A DNA stretch of 63,884 nt, filler included, from Chiloscyllium plagiosum (GCF_004010195.1; 12 parts of 12 records of this genome joined end to end with filler, not necessarily neighbours in it), one strand, 5' to 3'; shown: positions 25,885-38,924, counted from the whole stretch's first letter. Translations and numbers: made by a program. Notes: generated from the sequence alone by a model not told the origin.

Positions 25885-26235
25885 AGGTTGACGTTTCATG
25901 TGTAACCCTTCTTCAGGAAGGGGGAGGGTAGGTGTCAGGGGAGTTGCAGATAAAGGGGTGGGTTGGAGCAAGGTGGTGAGGTGGGGATAGGTTGAGAAAG
26001 ATAGAGAGTGTGACCCGATTGGTCGATGAATCCAGAATCACCCCTCCCTTTGACCAACCAGGTCCTATCCTCTACCTGTCTCCACCTATCCCCACCTANN
26101 NNNNNNNNNNNCCCACTTCCTGAAGAAGGTTTACACCCAAAACGTCGATTTCTCCACCTCCTGATGCTGCCAGTCTTGCTGTGTTCTCCCAGCCTCCTGT
26201 TTGTCAACCTTGGATTCCAGCATTTGCAGTTTGTC
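25885..26235. mobile_element. Fold-back Penelope-derived insertion with two oppositely oriented hammerhead-like cores
   Basis: Cores at 25890-25916 (-) and 26120-26146 (+), both with substitutions. Perfect 14-bp TSD TCTAATCTCTTCAG at 25871-25884 and 26236-26249. Confidence 0.72.
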
Positions 26236-27280
26236 TCTAATCTCTTCAGGGGCCAGGATGAGTGTGAGGAGATTGGGTTTTGATGGAACTACCCACAGAC
26301 TGAAGTCAAAAAAAGCAAAGTAAGAAAGGCAAGTGGATCAAATTCGAGAGAGCAAATTGTGAGCAAAAAGTAATTGTTACCAGTTTAGCAATTGCAAAGG
26401 AGAGAATGACCACATTGAATTGCTTCTGGTGTCATCCTCTATGCCCTAACATTTCACAGAGCCAGCTCCACATCCTTCCATTGGCTTTGTCATTCAGAGG
26501 CAACATTTCCCTTCCAACAGCCCTTTTTAAAATGTCCTGTCCCAGGGAATCACTGAGGCAGAGAATACTTCACCTTTTCTGGGAAAGATAGAGAAATATA
26601 GAGTGTCAAGGAGCAGTTTCTCTGCCTTCAGGGTCTGACAGAAGGATATGTGTAGTGTGTGGATTCTGGAGACAGATCACTGAGATATTCCTCACTCCCA
26701 TCAACACTTGACTTTATTCTAACAACAGTTTCTATTATTCATTATAAAGTACCAGTTTCAGACGGGACATTTCACACCCAGCCCCCATGTCCTCACATTG
26801 GAATCAAGAACCAAACTTGCCCCATCTCAGGATTGCCCTCTGAATGTGGTGTCAGTGTGCTAATGCTGTGTTTGAATGAAAGAGCCACGGTGCAATCTGG
26901 GACTGAATCCAAGGGACACACGGAACCATTCCATCGCACTTTAAGAGTGAAGAAAACCCAAGTCTAATTTAAGTAATATTTATTTCCCAAAACCTGCTTG
27001 TCAACCTTGGATTCCAGCATTTGCAGTTTGTCTCTAATCTCTTCAGGGGCCATGATGAGTGTGAGGAGATTGGGTTTTGATGGAACTACCCACAGACTGA
27101 AGTCAAAAAAAGCAAAGTAAGAAAGGCAAGTGGATCAAATTCGAAAGAGCAAATTGTGAGCAAAAAGTAATTGTTACCAGTTTAGCAATTGCAAAGGAGA
27201 GAGCGACAACATTAAATTGCTTCTGGTGTCATCCTCTGTGCCCTAACATTTCACAGAGCCAGCTCCACATCCTTCCATTG
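26199..27280 (+). repeat. ~285-bp direct repeat (26199-26483 and 26997-27280)
   Basis: Near-identical blocks beginning TTGTCAACCTTGGATTCCAGC. Confidence 0.85.
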
Positions 27281-27919
27281 TTATTGTTATTCTGAGTAAC
27301 AAGATGCTGCTGATCATATTCATCAATGCAGGGTTCCCAGTAGCTCTGGCAATTTCCAAAGCACACACGAGACAGAGACTGAATCTTCTTGATCTTTATT
27401 CCTTTTTCCAGATTTACATTGACAGAAAAAAGACTGCAATTAACAGCCCAGACAGAGGAAGCTGCTCAAAATCACAGCCACAATGGAGCTTGAGGAAAAC
27501 ACTTGTGGAGATTTTCTCAATAACCTGAGAATCCTGTCCCTTTAAGTAGTGACAGAAGCTTAAATTTGAACTGGCGGCTGAGCAGGAAGGAGATCTGGTT
27601 TACTGAGGCAGAGATTTCAGAGGTTCACATTTGTATAGCTCACAGTTTTCAGCATCTTCGAGAGGTTTGACTTGGCATCACAAGTCATCACTGTCCCCAT
27701 AAAACGCTCCCAGGACAGGGTCAGCACGGGGTTTGATACAGAGTAAAGCTTCCTTTTGATCCCAATGACCTGCCTTAACCCTTGAACCTCAGAAATGTCA
27801 CCGAGCCAATCCCAAGAAGGAAGAGAGTTGAAATTCAGTGCTGACAATGACCTTTGTCCTGCCAGCTCAGCCCTGTTCTATTTAAAGTTGTGTCTCCTCT
27901 GTAGACTGTCTCGAACCCT

Positions 27920-28249
27920 CTACACACATTCTGATCTCCTGATGCTCTTGCTGAGGGGAGAGGGGAGGGTCACATGGGTAAGGGCACAGGAGAAGCGAGT
28001 GTTGGACTCCCAGTCAGACCCAGAGAGGGTCAGCAGGCTGCTGACACTGTAGGTGCTGTCCGAAGCTCACAGGTAGTTACTGGTCTGAACTCCGTCCGAA
28101 ATGGCTGCACCGTCCTTCTTCCACTGCACCTCCAGCTCATCAGGATAGAAGTGATTGGCAAGGCACACCAGGGTGGCAGTGCCCTTGGCATTGACCTGCT
28201 CCGGGGAGGGGGGGCAGCAGGGTCAGCTTGGGCTGAGAGTTCTCACGGC
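27920..28249 (-). pseudogene. IGKC: Ig light chain C exon, kappa (NS4/type III)-like, copy 1
   Basis: Acceptor tctttcag. Reads RENSQPKLTLL..ATLVCLANHFYPDELEVQWKKDG..FSCALTHVTLPSPLSKSIRRSECV*. Has one extra C in the poly-C run (28208-28214) and a CGA>TGA stop at 28067-28069. Isotype assigned from recalled nurse shark NS4. Confidence 0.9.
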
Positions 28250-29729
28250 CTGAAAGACAAGACAAACAATTTTAATCCCTGCCATTCAAAGGGATTTCAA
28301 CTCTGAACATTCACTGGCAAAACAATCCATTTGAACATTTATATTCAATACCGAACAAACCCCATAAAAGGACAGGGACTTTTAAAATTGCTTCTTGGGA
28401 TGTGAGTGTCACTGACAGGGCCAGCATTTATTGCCCATCACTAATTGCCCCTGAGAGGGTGATGGTGAAAGAGAAGGGGCAGTTTTGGATCATTGTTTAG
28501 GGAATAAATGTGGGCAGCTGGAAGGGCTATCAATGGGGGAGCATTTTCATGACAATGATCAGAACTCAGTGAGATTGAGAGGAGGGATGGAAATGGAGAA
28601 CCATGGAGCAAGTGTAAAAGTTTTCATTTGGGAACAAACCATTTTACTGAACTTGGCAGGGATTGGGTAAAAGTGGCTGAAAGACAAAATGCAGGGGTGA
28701 AATTTACCAGGACCTGAGGAAAGCAAAGAGCTGACAGGATGAAATGTGTCCAAATGAAGTCAGGGAAATCCCAGTGATGTTTTATAATCACAGAAAGAAC
28801 AAGAGAATGAAGGAATGTATGAGGCCCATTCGAGAGCAGGAAGGGAACTTGTGTGCAGTGGTGGAAGATGGAGCAATGGTTCCTCATGAAAACTTCTGGT
28901 CTGTTTTCACAAAAGAGAGGCACATATATATCAGTAACAGTAGTTCAGGAGGAGAACTGTGCAATATTGGAACAGCATCTTTCACATCTGAAAGACTCCC
29001 AGTTCATCCAANNNNNNNNNNNNNNNNNNNNNNNNNNNNNNNNNNNNNNNNNNNNNNNNNNNNNNNNNNNNNNNNNNNNNNNNNNNNNNNNNNNNNNNNN
29101 NNNNNNNNNNNNNNNNNNNNNNNNNNNNNNNNNNNNNNNNNNNNNNNNNNNNNNNNNNNNNNNNNNNNNNNNNNNNNNNNNNNNNNNNNNNNNNNNNNNN
29201 NNNNNNNNNNNNNNNNNNNNNNNNNNNNNNNNNNNNNNNNNNNNNNNNNNNNNNNNNNNNNNNNNNNNNNNNNNNNNNNNNNNNNNNNNNNNNNNNNNNN
29301 NNNNNNNNNNNNNNNNNNNNNNNNNNNNNNNNNNNNNNNNNNNNNNNNNNNNNNNNNNNNNNNNNNNNNNNNNNNNNNNNNNNNNNNNNNNNNNNNNNNN
29401 NNNNNNNNNNNNNNNNNNNNNNNNNNNNNNNNNNNNNNNNNNNNNNNNNNNNNNNNNNNNNNNNNNNNNNNNNNNNNNNNNNNNNNNNNNNNNNNNNNNN
29501 NNNNNNNNNNNNNNNNNNNNNNNNNNNNNNNNNNNNNNNNNNNNNNNNNNNNNNNNNNNNNNNNNNNNNNNNNNNNNNNNNNNNNNNNNNNNNNNNNNNN
29601 NNNNNNNNNNNNNNNNNNNNNNNNNNNNNNNNNNNNNNNNNNNNNNNNNNNNNNNNNNNNNNNNNNNNNNNNNNNNNNNNNNNNNNNNNNNNNNNNNNNN
29701 NNNNNNNNNNNNNNNNNNNNNNNNNNNNN

Positions 29730-31780
29730 TTCCCTTCCCACAGCCCTTTTTAAAATGTCCTGTCCCAGGGAATCACTGAGGCAGAGAATACTTCACCTTT
29801 TCTGGGAAAGATAGAGAAATATAGGGTGTCAAGGAGCAGTTTCTCTGCCTTCAGGGTCTGACAGAAGGATGTGTGTAGTGTGTGGATTCTGGAGACAGAT
29901 CACTGAGATATTCCTCACTCCCATCAACACCTGACTTTATTCTGACATCAGTTTCTATTCTTCATTATAAAGTACCCCCACCAGCTTCAGACTGGACATT
30001 TCACACCCAGCCCCCATTTCCCCACACTGGAATCAAGAACCAAACGTGCCCCATCTCAGGATTGTCCTCTGAATGTGGTGTCAGTGTGCTAATGCTGTGT
30101 TTGAATGAAAGAGCCACGGTGGAATCTGGGACTGAATCCAAGGGACACACGGGACCATTCCATCGCACTTTAAGAGTGAAGAAAACCCAAGTCTAATTTA
30201 AGGAATATTTATTTCCCAAAACCTGTGAAATTGTTATTCTGAGTAACAAGATGCTGCTGATCATATTCATCAATGCAGGGTTCCCAGTAGCTCTGGCCAT
30301 TTCCAAAGCACACACGAGACAGAGACTGAATCTTCTTGATCTTTATTCTTTTTTCCAGATTTACATTGACAGAAAAAAAGACTGCAATTAACAGCCCAGA
30401 CAGAGGAAGCTGCTCAAAATCACAGCCACAATGGAGCTTGAGGAAAACACTGGTGGAGATTTTCTCAATAACCTGAGAATCCTGTCCCTTTAAGTAGTGA
30501 CAGAAGCTTAAATTCGAACTGGCGGCTGAGCAGGAAGGAGATCTGGTTTACTGAGGCAGCGATTTCAGAGGTTCACATTGTTTTGTACAGCTGACAGTTT
30601 TCAGCATCTTCGAGAGGTTTTACTTGGCATCACAAGTCATCACTGTCCCCATAAAACGCTCCCAGAACAGGGTCAGCACGGGGTTTGATACAGAGTAAAG
30701 CTTCCTTTTGATCCCAATGACCTGCCTTAACAACCCTTGAACCTCAGAAATGTCACTGAGAGAAGCGAGCGTTGGACTCCCAGTCAGACCCAGAGAGGGT
30801 CAGCAGGCTGCTGACACTGTAGGTGCTGTCTGAAGCTCGCAGGTAGTTGCTGGTCTGAACCCCGTCCGAAATGACTGCACCGTCCTTCTTCCACTGCACC
30901 TCCAGCTCATCGGGATAGAAGTGATTGGCAAGGCACACCAGGGTGCCAGTGCCCTTGGCATTGACCTGCTCTTGGGAGGGGGGCAGCAGGGTCAGCTTCG
31001 GCTGAGAGTTCTCACGGCCTGAAAGACAAGACAAACAATTTTAATCCCTGCCATTCAAAGGGATTTCAACTCTGAACATTCACTGGCAAAACAATCCATT
31101 TGAACATTTGTATTCAATACCGAACAAACCCCATAAAAGGACAGGGCCTTTTAAAATTGTTTCTTGGGATGTGAGTGTCACTGGCAGGGCGAACATTTAT
31201 TGCCCATCCCTAATTGCCCCTGAGAAGGTGCTGGTGAAAGAGAAGGGACAGTTTTGGATCATTGTTTAGGGAATGAATGTGGGCAGCTGGAAGGGCTATC
31301 AATGGGGGAGCATTTTCATGACAATGATCAGAACTCAGTGAGATTGAGAATAAGGATGGAAATGGAGAACCATGGAGCAAGTGGAAAAGTTTTCATTTGG
31401 GAACAAAACCATTTTACTAAACTGGGCAGGGATTGGGTAAAAGTGGCTGAAAGACAAAATGCAGGGGTGAAATTTACCAGGACCTGAGGAAAGCAAAGAG
31501 CTGACAGAATGAAATGTGTCCAAATGAAGTCCGAGAAATCCCAGTGATGTTTTATAATCACAGAAAGAACAGGTGAATGAAGGAATGTATGAGGCCCATT
31601 CGAGAGCAGGAAGGGAACTTGTGTGCGGTGGTGGAAGATGGAGCAATGGTTCCTCATGAAAACTTTCGGTCTGATTTTACAAAAGAGAGGGACAAAGCAG
31701 AAACTGTAGTTCAGGAGGAGAACTGTGCAATATTGGAATGGCATCTTTCACATCTGAAAGACTCCCAGTTCATCCAAAGA
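29730..31780. repeat. Segmental tandem duplicate of ~26507-29011 (C-kappa unit)
   Basis: Colinear high similarity across the flank, 3'UTR, C exon and intronic CR1 remnant. Confidence 0.9.
30753..31018 (-). pseudogene. IGKC: Kappa-like C exon copy 2, 3'-deleted
   Basis: Open from the acceptor to ESNARFS. A ~185-bp deletion (equivalent to 27806-27990) then removes the F-strand Cys, G strand and terminal Cys. Ends Q*. Confidence 0.9.
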
Positions 31781-32361
31781 AAAGAAAGATCCATGCTGTC
31801 CCAAAGACATTTGCAGACAGTGTGGGACTTGTTTGAAATGTGGTCACTGTTATAATGTAGGAAATGTGCAAGCCAGATTGTACACAGCAAGATCCTACAA
31901 GCAACAATGAACCAAGGAATATTTTTGAGTGATGTTTGTTCAGGAATAAGTATCAGCCTGAATACGATTCAAAGAGAAAGTAACTAGAACAGTTGGATGG
32001 AAAATGAGGAAATAAAAGTTAAAGGAGAAGGGAGGAATACTGGTTAGTGATGGAATTGATTGTTACCAGAAAATAAAAGGAAAGGGACAGAGTATTGTGA
32101 ATGTCATATTGTACTGAGGAAACTTAAAAGTGCAGGGAAGCTCAATATAGAACAATCTTAAAGGCTTTGTATCTTAACGCATGAAACATTCGGAATAATG
32201 TAGACAAAGTGATACCACACAAACCAAGGTAAATCAAGTTTCTGAGGAATTTAAACTAATTAAAGAAGGTAGGGGGACAGGACACTTTATTAAAGCATCC
32301 AGACCAAGTAATAGGATAGAGAGTATGGAAAGGATCAAGAATCAAAATTGAAGCCCTGCAG

Positions 32362-32605
32362 GGTGGAATGGTGGGTCAGTGGTTAGCACTGCTGTCTCAC
32401 AGCTCCAGAGACACAGATTCAATTCCAACTGACTGTCTGTGTGGGGTTTACACATTATCCCGGTGTCTACTTGGGTTTCCTCCCATTGCCAGAAATATGT
32501 GTAGGTTAGGAGCATTATCCATGGCAATTGTAGGGTGGGTGGGATGTTTTTGGAGGGTCAGTCTGGGCTGAATGGCCTGCTTCCACACTGTAGGGATTCT
32601 GTGAT
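32362..32605 (+). mobile_element. V-SINE (HE1-like), diverged
   Basis: GGTGGGTCAGTGGTTAGCACTGCTG head, TGTGTGGGGTTTACACATT, GGCTGAATGGCCTGCTTCCACACTGTAGGG tail. Confidence 0.8.
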
Positions 32606-32849
32606 TTCTAAAGGAGATAACTGTGAGAAGGAGACAGTCAGTGCATGACTGAAGGTGTTGTACTTCGATGCATCGAGTATATGAAACAAGGTAAATGAGC
32701 CTGTAGCGCAGGGACGTGGCTGCAAGGGGATCAGGGCTGGGAACTAAATATCCAGGGATGCACATCCTATTGAAAGGAAATGCAGGGGGATAGACGGTCA
32801 AGTGTGAAGCAAGAACTGAAGGTAATCCTTGTTGGTCAGGAAATGGTCT

Positions 32850-34922
32850 TGGGAAGACTGATGGTATCAAAACTTATAAGGCCCCAGGGGCCAGCAACTC
32901 ATGAGAGTATTTAAGAAAGTGGGTGTAGAAATAGTGGACACATTGTTGATCATTTTCCAACATTCTGTCGACTCTGACAGAGTTCCAATGTACTGGACAG
33001 TATCCAATGTAACCCCACTTTTTAATAAAATGAGGGAGAGTGAAAATGAGGAATTATACATGAGGAAAACACTGGAGTCAGTTATTAAAGATACAGTAAA
33101 CGAGCATTTGGAAAGCAGTGACAGGATCGGACCAAGTCAGCATGGATTTACGAAAGGGAAATCAGGCCTGACACATCTTCTGGAAGTTTTTGAGGATGTG
33201 ATCAGTAGAGAGTGGACAAGGCTGAATCAGTGGACAACAAAAATTGATGAAANNNNNNNNNNNNNNNNNNNNNNNNNNNNNNNNNNNNNNNNNNNNNNNN
33301 NNNNTTAAGAAAGTGGGTGTAGAAATAGTGGGCACATTGTTGATCATTTTCCAACATTCTGTCGACTCTGACAGAGTTCCAATGTACTGGACAGTATCCA
33401 GTGAAACCCCACTTTTTAATAAAATGAGGGAGAATGAAAATGAGGAATTATACATGAGGAAAACACTGGAGTCAGTTATTAAAGATACAGTAAATGAGCA
33501 TTTGGAAAGCAGTGACAGGATCGGACCAAGTCAGCATGGATTTACGAAAGGGAAATCAGGCCTGACACATCTTCTGGAAAGTTTTGAGGATGTGATCAGT
33601 AGAGAGTGGACAAGGCTGAATCAGTGGACAACAAAAATTGATGAAAAGGTTCAGCAGGTCTGGCAGCATCTGTGGACAGCAATTGAAGTTAGCGTTTCAA
33701 ATTGAGTGACCCTCCCTCAGGACCCAGTGGATGTTGTGTGACTGGACTTTCAAAAGGCTTTCGACAAGGTCAAAAGTGAGTTTCAGCAGGTCTGGCAGCA
33801 TCTGTGGACAGCAATTGAAGTTAGCGTTTCAGATTGAGTGATCCTCCCTCAGGACCCAGTGGATGTTGTGTGACTGGACTTTCAAAAGGCTTTCGACAAG
33901 GTCAAAAGTGAGTTAAATTAAACCTCATGATATCAGAGGTAATGTATTGACATTAAGAGAGACCTCATTGGCGGACAGAAAACAGAGAGTTGAAATAAAT
34001 GGGTCCTTCTCAAAGTGGCAGTGATGAGTGGGATACCACAGGGTTCAGTGCTGGGACCCCAGCTGTTCATAATATACATAAAAGATATGGACAAAGGAAT
34101 TGAATGCAATCCCTCCAAATTTGCAGATGACACTCAGCTGGGTGTCAATGTGTGCTGTGAGGAGGATGCTAAGAGGCTGCAGAGTGACTTGGACAGGCTG
34201 GCTGAGTGGACAAATACTTGGTAAATGCAATATAATTTGGGTAAATGTGAGATTATCCACTTTGGTGGTAAAATAGGAAGTCAGATTATTAATAAATGGT
34301 GAAGGTTTAGGAAAAGGTGAGGTGCAATGAGAGCTAGTTGTCATGGTGGAACAGTAACTGAAAGGGGGCATGCAGGTGCAGCAGGCAGTGAGGAAAGCTA
34401 ATGGCATGCTGGCCTTCACAGTGAGAGGATTTGTGTATTGGAGTAAGGATGTCTTGCAGAATTATACTGGGCCTTGGTGAGGCCTCACCTTGAGTATTAT
34501 GTGCAGGTTTGGTCTCCTCGTCTGAAGAAGGACATTCTTACTATTGAGGGAGTCCAGCGAAGGTTCTCCAGACTGATTCCCGGGACGGCAGGACTGACAT
34601 ATGAGGAAAGACTGGATCAACTGGGCTTGTACTCACTGGGATTTAGAAGAATGAGAGGAATCTCACAGAAACATATAAAATCCTGATGGGAATTGGCTTG
34701 CTGGAAGAATGTTCTTGATATTAGGAAAGTCCAAAACTAGGGGTCACTGTCGAAGATTAAGGATTAAGTTATTCCGATGTTATGAACCTGTGGAATCAAG
34801 GGATATGGGGGTGGAGTGGGAATAGGATAATGAGATTGGGTAATCAGCCATGATCATATTGAACGGTGGTGCAGACTCAAAGGGCTGAGTGGCCGATTCC
34901 TGCAGCCATTTTCTATGTTTCT
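32850..34922 (+). mobile_element. CR1 LINE RT-3' end with internal duplications and a Penelope-derived insert
   Basis: PSQHGFTKGKS, SGIPQGSVLGP, SKFADDT, VRPHLEY. Contains a ~340-bp duplication across the 33253-33305 gap and a 132-bp tandem repeat at 33650-33913. Confidence 0.88.
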
Positions 34923-34929
34923 AATGATA

Positions 34930-36294
34930 GGTACATCTGAAGGGGGTGGGGGTGGGGTGAGGGAGGAGCAGGTTTATCCTGTCAGGAAGAACTGAAATTA
35001 CATCGACAGCAAGAGGAAATATGGAGTTGGAAAGCATAGAATCTGTGTGGGTCAACTTAAAGACCCACAAAATAGCAAAGGGCTTGATGGGACTTATGTA
35101 CAAGTCTCCTCTCAGTAGTCGGGATGTGGGGCAGAAAATAAATCAGGAGATAGAAAAGGCATATAAGAAAGGGATTATTACAATAATCATGGGGACTGCA
35201 ATATGCAGGTGGACTGGGAAAGTCAGCTTGGGAATGGATCTCAAGGAAAGGAATTCATGGAATGTCTGCGAGAGGCTTTTTTTTTGGAACCGTTTGGGGT
35301 AGAGCCACTAGGAAACAGGTAATTCCGGATCCGGTGATGTGTAATGAGGCAGCCCTGATTGGGGAGCTGAAGGTGAGTGAACCCTGAGGGAGTAGTGACC
35401 ATAATGCGTTAGAATTCACCCTGCAGTTCGAGAGGGAGAAGCTGGAATTCGATGTAATAATCGGAGTCAATGAGCAAGTTAGCAAAGGAGAGCCAATGGA
35501 CATGATCTATTTGGGTTTCCAAAAGGCCTTTGACAAGTTGCCACACAGGAGGCTGCTAAATAACATAAGAGCCCACTGGGGCCCGGTACTGACATGGACA
35601 GAGAATGGAAATAAATGGATCTTTTGCAGGATGGCAGCTGGTGCCTTGTGCAGTTCAGCAGGGGGCAGTGCTGGGACCTCAGCTATTCATGTAACAATTA
35701 ATTATATATTAACGATCTGGGTAAAGGAACTGAGGACATTGTTGCTAAATTTGCTGATGACACAAAGATGAGGGGAGGAACAGAGGGAGTTGAGGAAGCA
35801 GAGAGACTGCAGAAGGACTTGGAAAGGCTCAGAGAGTGGGGAAAAAAAGTGGCTGATGGAATACAAAGTGGGAAAGTATGAGGTTATGCCCCTTAGGTTG
35901 GAAGAATAGAGGTCAAACTGTTTTTTAAAAGGGGAAATTTGGAATTCTGAAACCCAAAGGGACTTAGGAGTCCTCTTTCAGATTTCACTTAAGGTTAATA
36001 TGTAGGTTCAGTTGACAATTAGGAAGACAAATGCAATATTATCATTCATTTCAACTGAGTTAGAATACAAGAGCAGGTGTGTCCTGCTGAGGCTGTATGA
36101 GACTCTGGTCAGACTGCATTTGGAATATTGTGAACAGTTTTGGGACCTGTATCTAAGGAGGGATGTGCCTGCATTGGGGGAGATCCAGAGGAGGTTATGA
36201 GAATGACCCTGGTGGTGACAGCCTGGTCTGTCGAGGAGAGATTGAGGACTGTTGATGTGTACTTGATAGAGTTCTTAAGGACATGCGGAGATCA
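34930..36294 (+). mobile_element. CR1 LINE fragment (endonuclease fused by deletion to RT)
   Basis: IESVWVNLK, IYLGFQKAFDKLPHRRLL, KFADDTK, LVRLHLEYC. Confidence 0.85.
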
Positions 36295-36398
36295 NNNNNN
36301 NNNNNNNNNNNNNNNNNNNNNNNNNNNNNNNNNNNNNNNNNNNNNNNNNNNNNNNNNNNNNNNNNNNNNNNNNNNNNNNNNNNNNNNNNNNNNNNNNN

Positions 36399-38049
36399 TG
36401 GATTTGAGCCCAGCTGGAGCTGTTTGTCATCAGAACTTTATCAAGGGATAACCAGGGAGTGGTGAGAGTGTGCACCCTGTTCCATGTGGGAACTTCAGGA
36501 TGCTTCCCAGATCCTGGAATACCATGAGTGTAGGCAGTGTGGTCAGTGACAGCAATTGGAGCTCCAGGTTTCCGGAGATTGAGCAGCAGCTGGTGTCAGT
36601 GTGGAGTGTCCGTGAGGCTGAGAGCTCCGTGGAGAGCACGTTTCTAGATGTGGTCACTCTGCAGCTTCAGAATATACAGGGAGAGAGGGAATGGGGGAAC
36701 AGCAGACAGTCCAAAAGGACCAGACAGCTAGTACAGGAATCCTCTGAATGCATCCCACTGTCCAACCAGGATTCAGTTTGGAATCCTGATGAGAATGATG
36801 GTTCATCTGGGGAGTGCAGCCAGAGCCAGGTCCACGGCACCATGGGGGCCTCAGCTGTCCAGGGGGGCACAAGGAAGACTGGAAGAGTGATATTGAGAGG
36901 AGATTTGAGAGTGAGGGCAATCGATAGTTGTTTCTGCAGCTGCAGATGGGAATCCAGGATTGTATGTTGTCTCCCTGGTATCAGGGTCAAGGATGTCACT
37001 GAGCGGCTGCAGAGCACGCTGAGGGGAAAGGGGGAACAGGCAGCAGTTGTGGTCCAGTGACAGAGTGAGAAAAGGGATGTGGTCCTGCAGTCAGAATTTA
37101 GGGAGCTCTGGAGGCAATTAGCAACAGGAGCTCAAAATTGTGAATCTCTGGATTACTCCCAGTGACCAATGCAAGTGAGGATAGGAACAGGAGAATAAAA
37201 CAGGGTGTATCTGAGGCTGGAAAGGTGATCCAGGAGAGAGCGCTTGAGATTCTTGGGACATTGGGAATGACTTTGTGGGAGATGTGACCTCTATAGACCA
37301 GATGGGTTGCTCCTGAACAGAACTGAGCTACTTGTGGGGTGATTTGCTGGTGCTGTTGGAGAGAGTTTAAATGAACATGGAAGTGGACTGTGGGAACCAA
37401 TAGGAAATATCAGGGAAGAACACCAAGGAAAACAGAATCATGGAAGAGATAGATACTCCAAAGTAAGGAATAGTAACTTATTTGGCCGGGTCACAGTGAG
37501 GGAGAGAGTAATAATTTCTAAATCCAACTGACTGTGTGCATGTATGGGCCTGCGTGGAGTATGGGGAGTAAGATTGGGGAGTTACAGACGCATATTACCA
37601 AGTGAAAATCTGGTGTTGTTGCTCTTACAGATGAGGACAGGACTGGGTGTTAAATATTCCTGGATACAAGGTGTTCACTAAAGATAGGAAAAGAGGAGGA
37701 AGATGGGAGGTGTGGGATTGGTTAAGGAGATCAGTGCAGAGCTAGAGAAAGAGGATGTCCCAGAGGGGTCAAGGATAGATCGATTTGGTTTGAGATAAGG
37801 AACAAAAAGGTGCAATCAGGTTGTTCAGTGCAGTCTGTAGGAAGAAATCTGCAAGAAATTCACAGCACACATTTGGGTAACTTTAATTATCAGAATATAG
37901 AATGAAATCGGAGCAGTGTGAAGGGCAGAGAGGGGCCAGAGAGAAAATGCTCAGGTGAACTTTCTACAGCCGTGTGTTCCCATTCCAATCAGAAAGGAAG
38001 CTCTGCCAGACCTGGATCTTGGGAATGAGGAGGCCCATGTAGATCAAGT
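36399..38049 (+). mobile_element. CR1 LINE ORF1 (esterase-like) and start of ORF2 endonuclease, decayed
   Basis: VILRGDLRVRAIDSCFC..RIVCCLPGIRVKDVTERL matches the CR1 ORF1 SGNH-like pattern. LNIPGYKVF follows downstream. Confidence 0.8.
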
Positions 38050-38345
38050 NNNNNNNNNNNNNNNNNNNNNNNNNNNNNNNNNNNNNNNNNNNNTTAATTA
38101 ATTAANNNNNNNNNNNNNNNNNNNNNNNNNNNNNNNNNNNNNNNNNNNNGCAATTAGGGATGAGCAATAAATTCTGCTCCTGCGCGTGACACTCATATCT
38201 CAAGAATCAATTTTAAAAATGTAAATTCTTTTGTCTGGTTTATTAGGTATTGGAGACAAATATTCAAACATTTTACCAGTGAATATTCTGAGAATTGAAA
38301 TCCCTTTGAATGGCAGGGATTAAAATTGTTTCTCTTGTCTTTCAG

Positions 38346-38649
38346 GCCGTGAGAACTCTCAGCCCAAGCTGACCCTGCTGCCCCCCTCCCCAGAGCAGGT
38401 AGATGCCAAGGGCACTGCCACCCTGGTGTGCCTTGCCAATCACTTCTATCCCAATGAGCTGGAGGTTCAGTGGAAGAAGGATGGTGCAATCATTTTGGAC
38501 GGGGTTCAGACAGCACCTACAGTGTCAGCAGCCTGCTGACCCTCTCTGGGTCTGACTGGGAGTCCAACGCTTGCTTCTCCTGTGCCCTCACCCACGTGAC
38601 CCTCCCCTCTCCCCTCAGCAAGAGCATCAGGAGATCAGAATGTGTGTAG
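38346..38649 (+). pseudogene. IGKC: Kappa-like C exon copy 3, 25-bp frameshifting deletion
   Basis: Acceptor ends at 38345. Exon is 304 nt versus 329 nt in copy 4. The junction GTTCAGAC|AGCACC at ~38511 lacks the SNYLRASD codons. Confidence 0.92.
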
Positions 38650-38924
38650 AGTGTTTGAGACAGTCCACAGAGGAGACACAACTTTAAACAGAACAGGGCT
38701 GAGCTGGCAGGACAAAGGTCATTGTCAGCACTGAATTTCAACTCTCTTCCTTCTCAGGACTGGCTCAGGGACACTTCTGAGGTTGAAAGCTGTTGGGATT
38801 CAATAATTTACAATCTGAGGCATTCCGTGTTCACTCTCCGGTCCAAACACAGGTGCTGGGATCGCACTGTGCAATCTCTGATGCATGCTGTGCTGTACCT
38901 GAAATGATCTGAGGCCAATCACTG

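Noticed and set aside
28744-29814. Long ORFs of 150-350 aa (also 40676-41584 and 57541-58119)
   Set aside because: They run through N gaps and are artefacts of translating N.
32910-33645. ~340-bp duplication flanking a short N gap
   Set aside because: Typical overlap of contig ends or haplotypes inside a CR1 relic; no biological signal.
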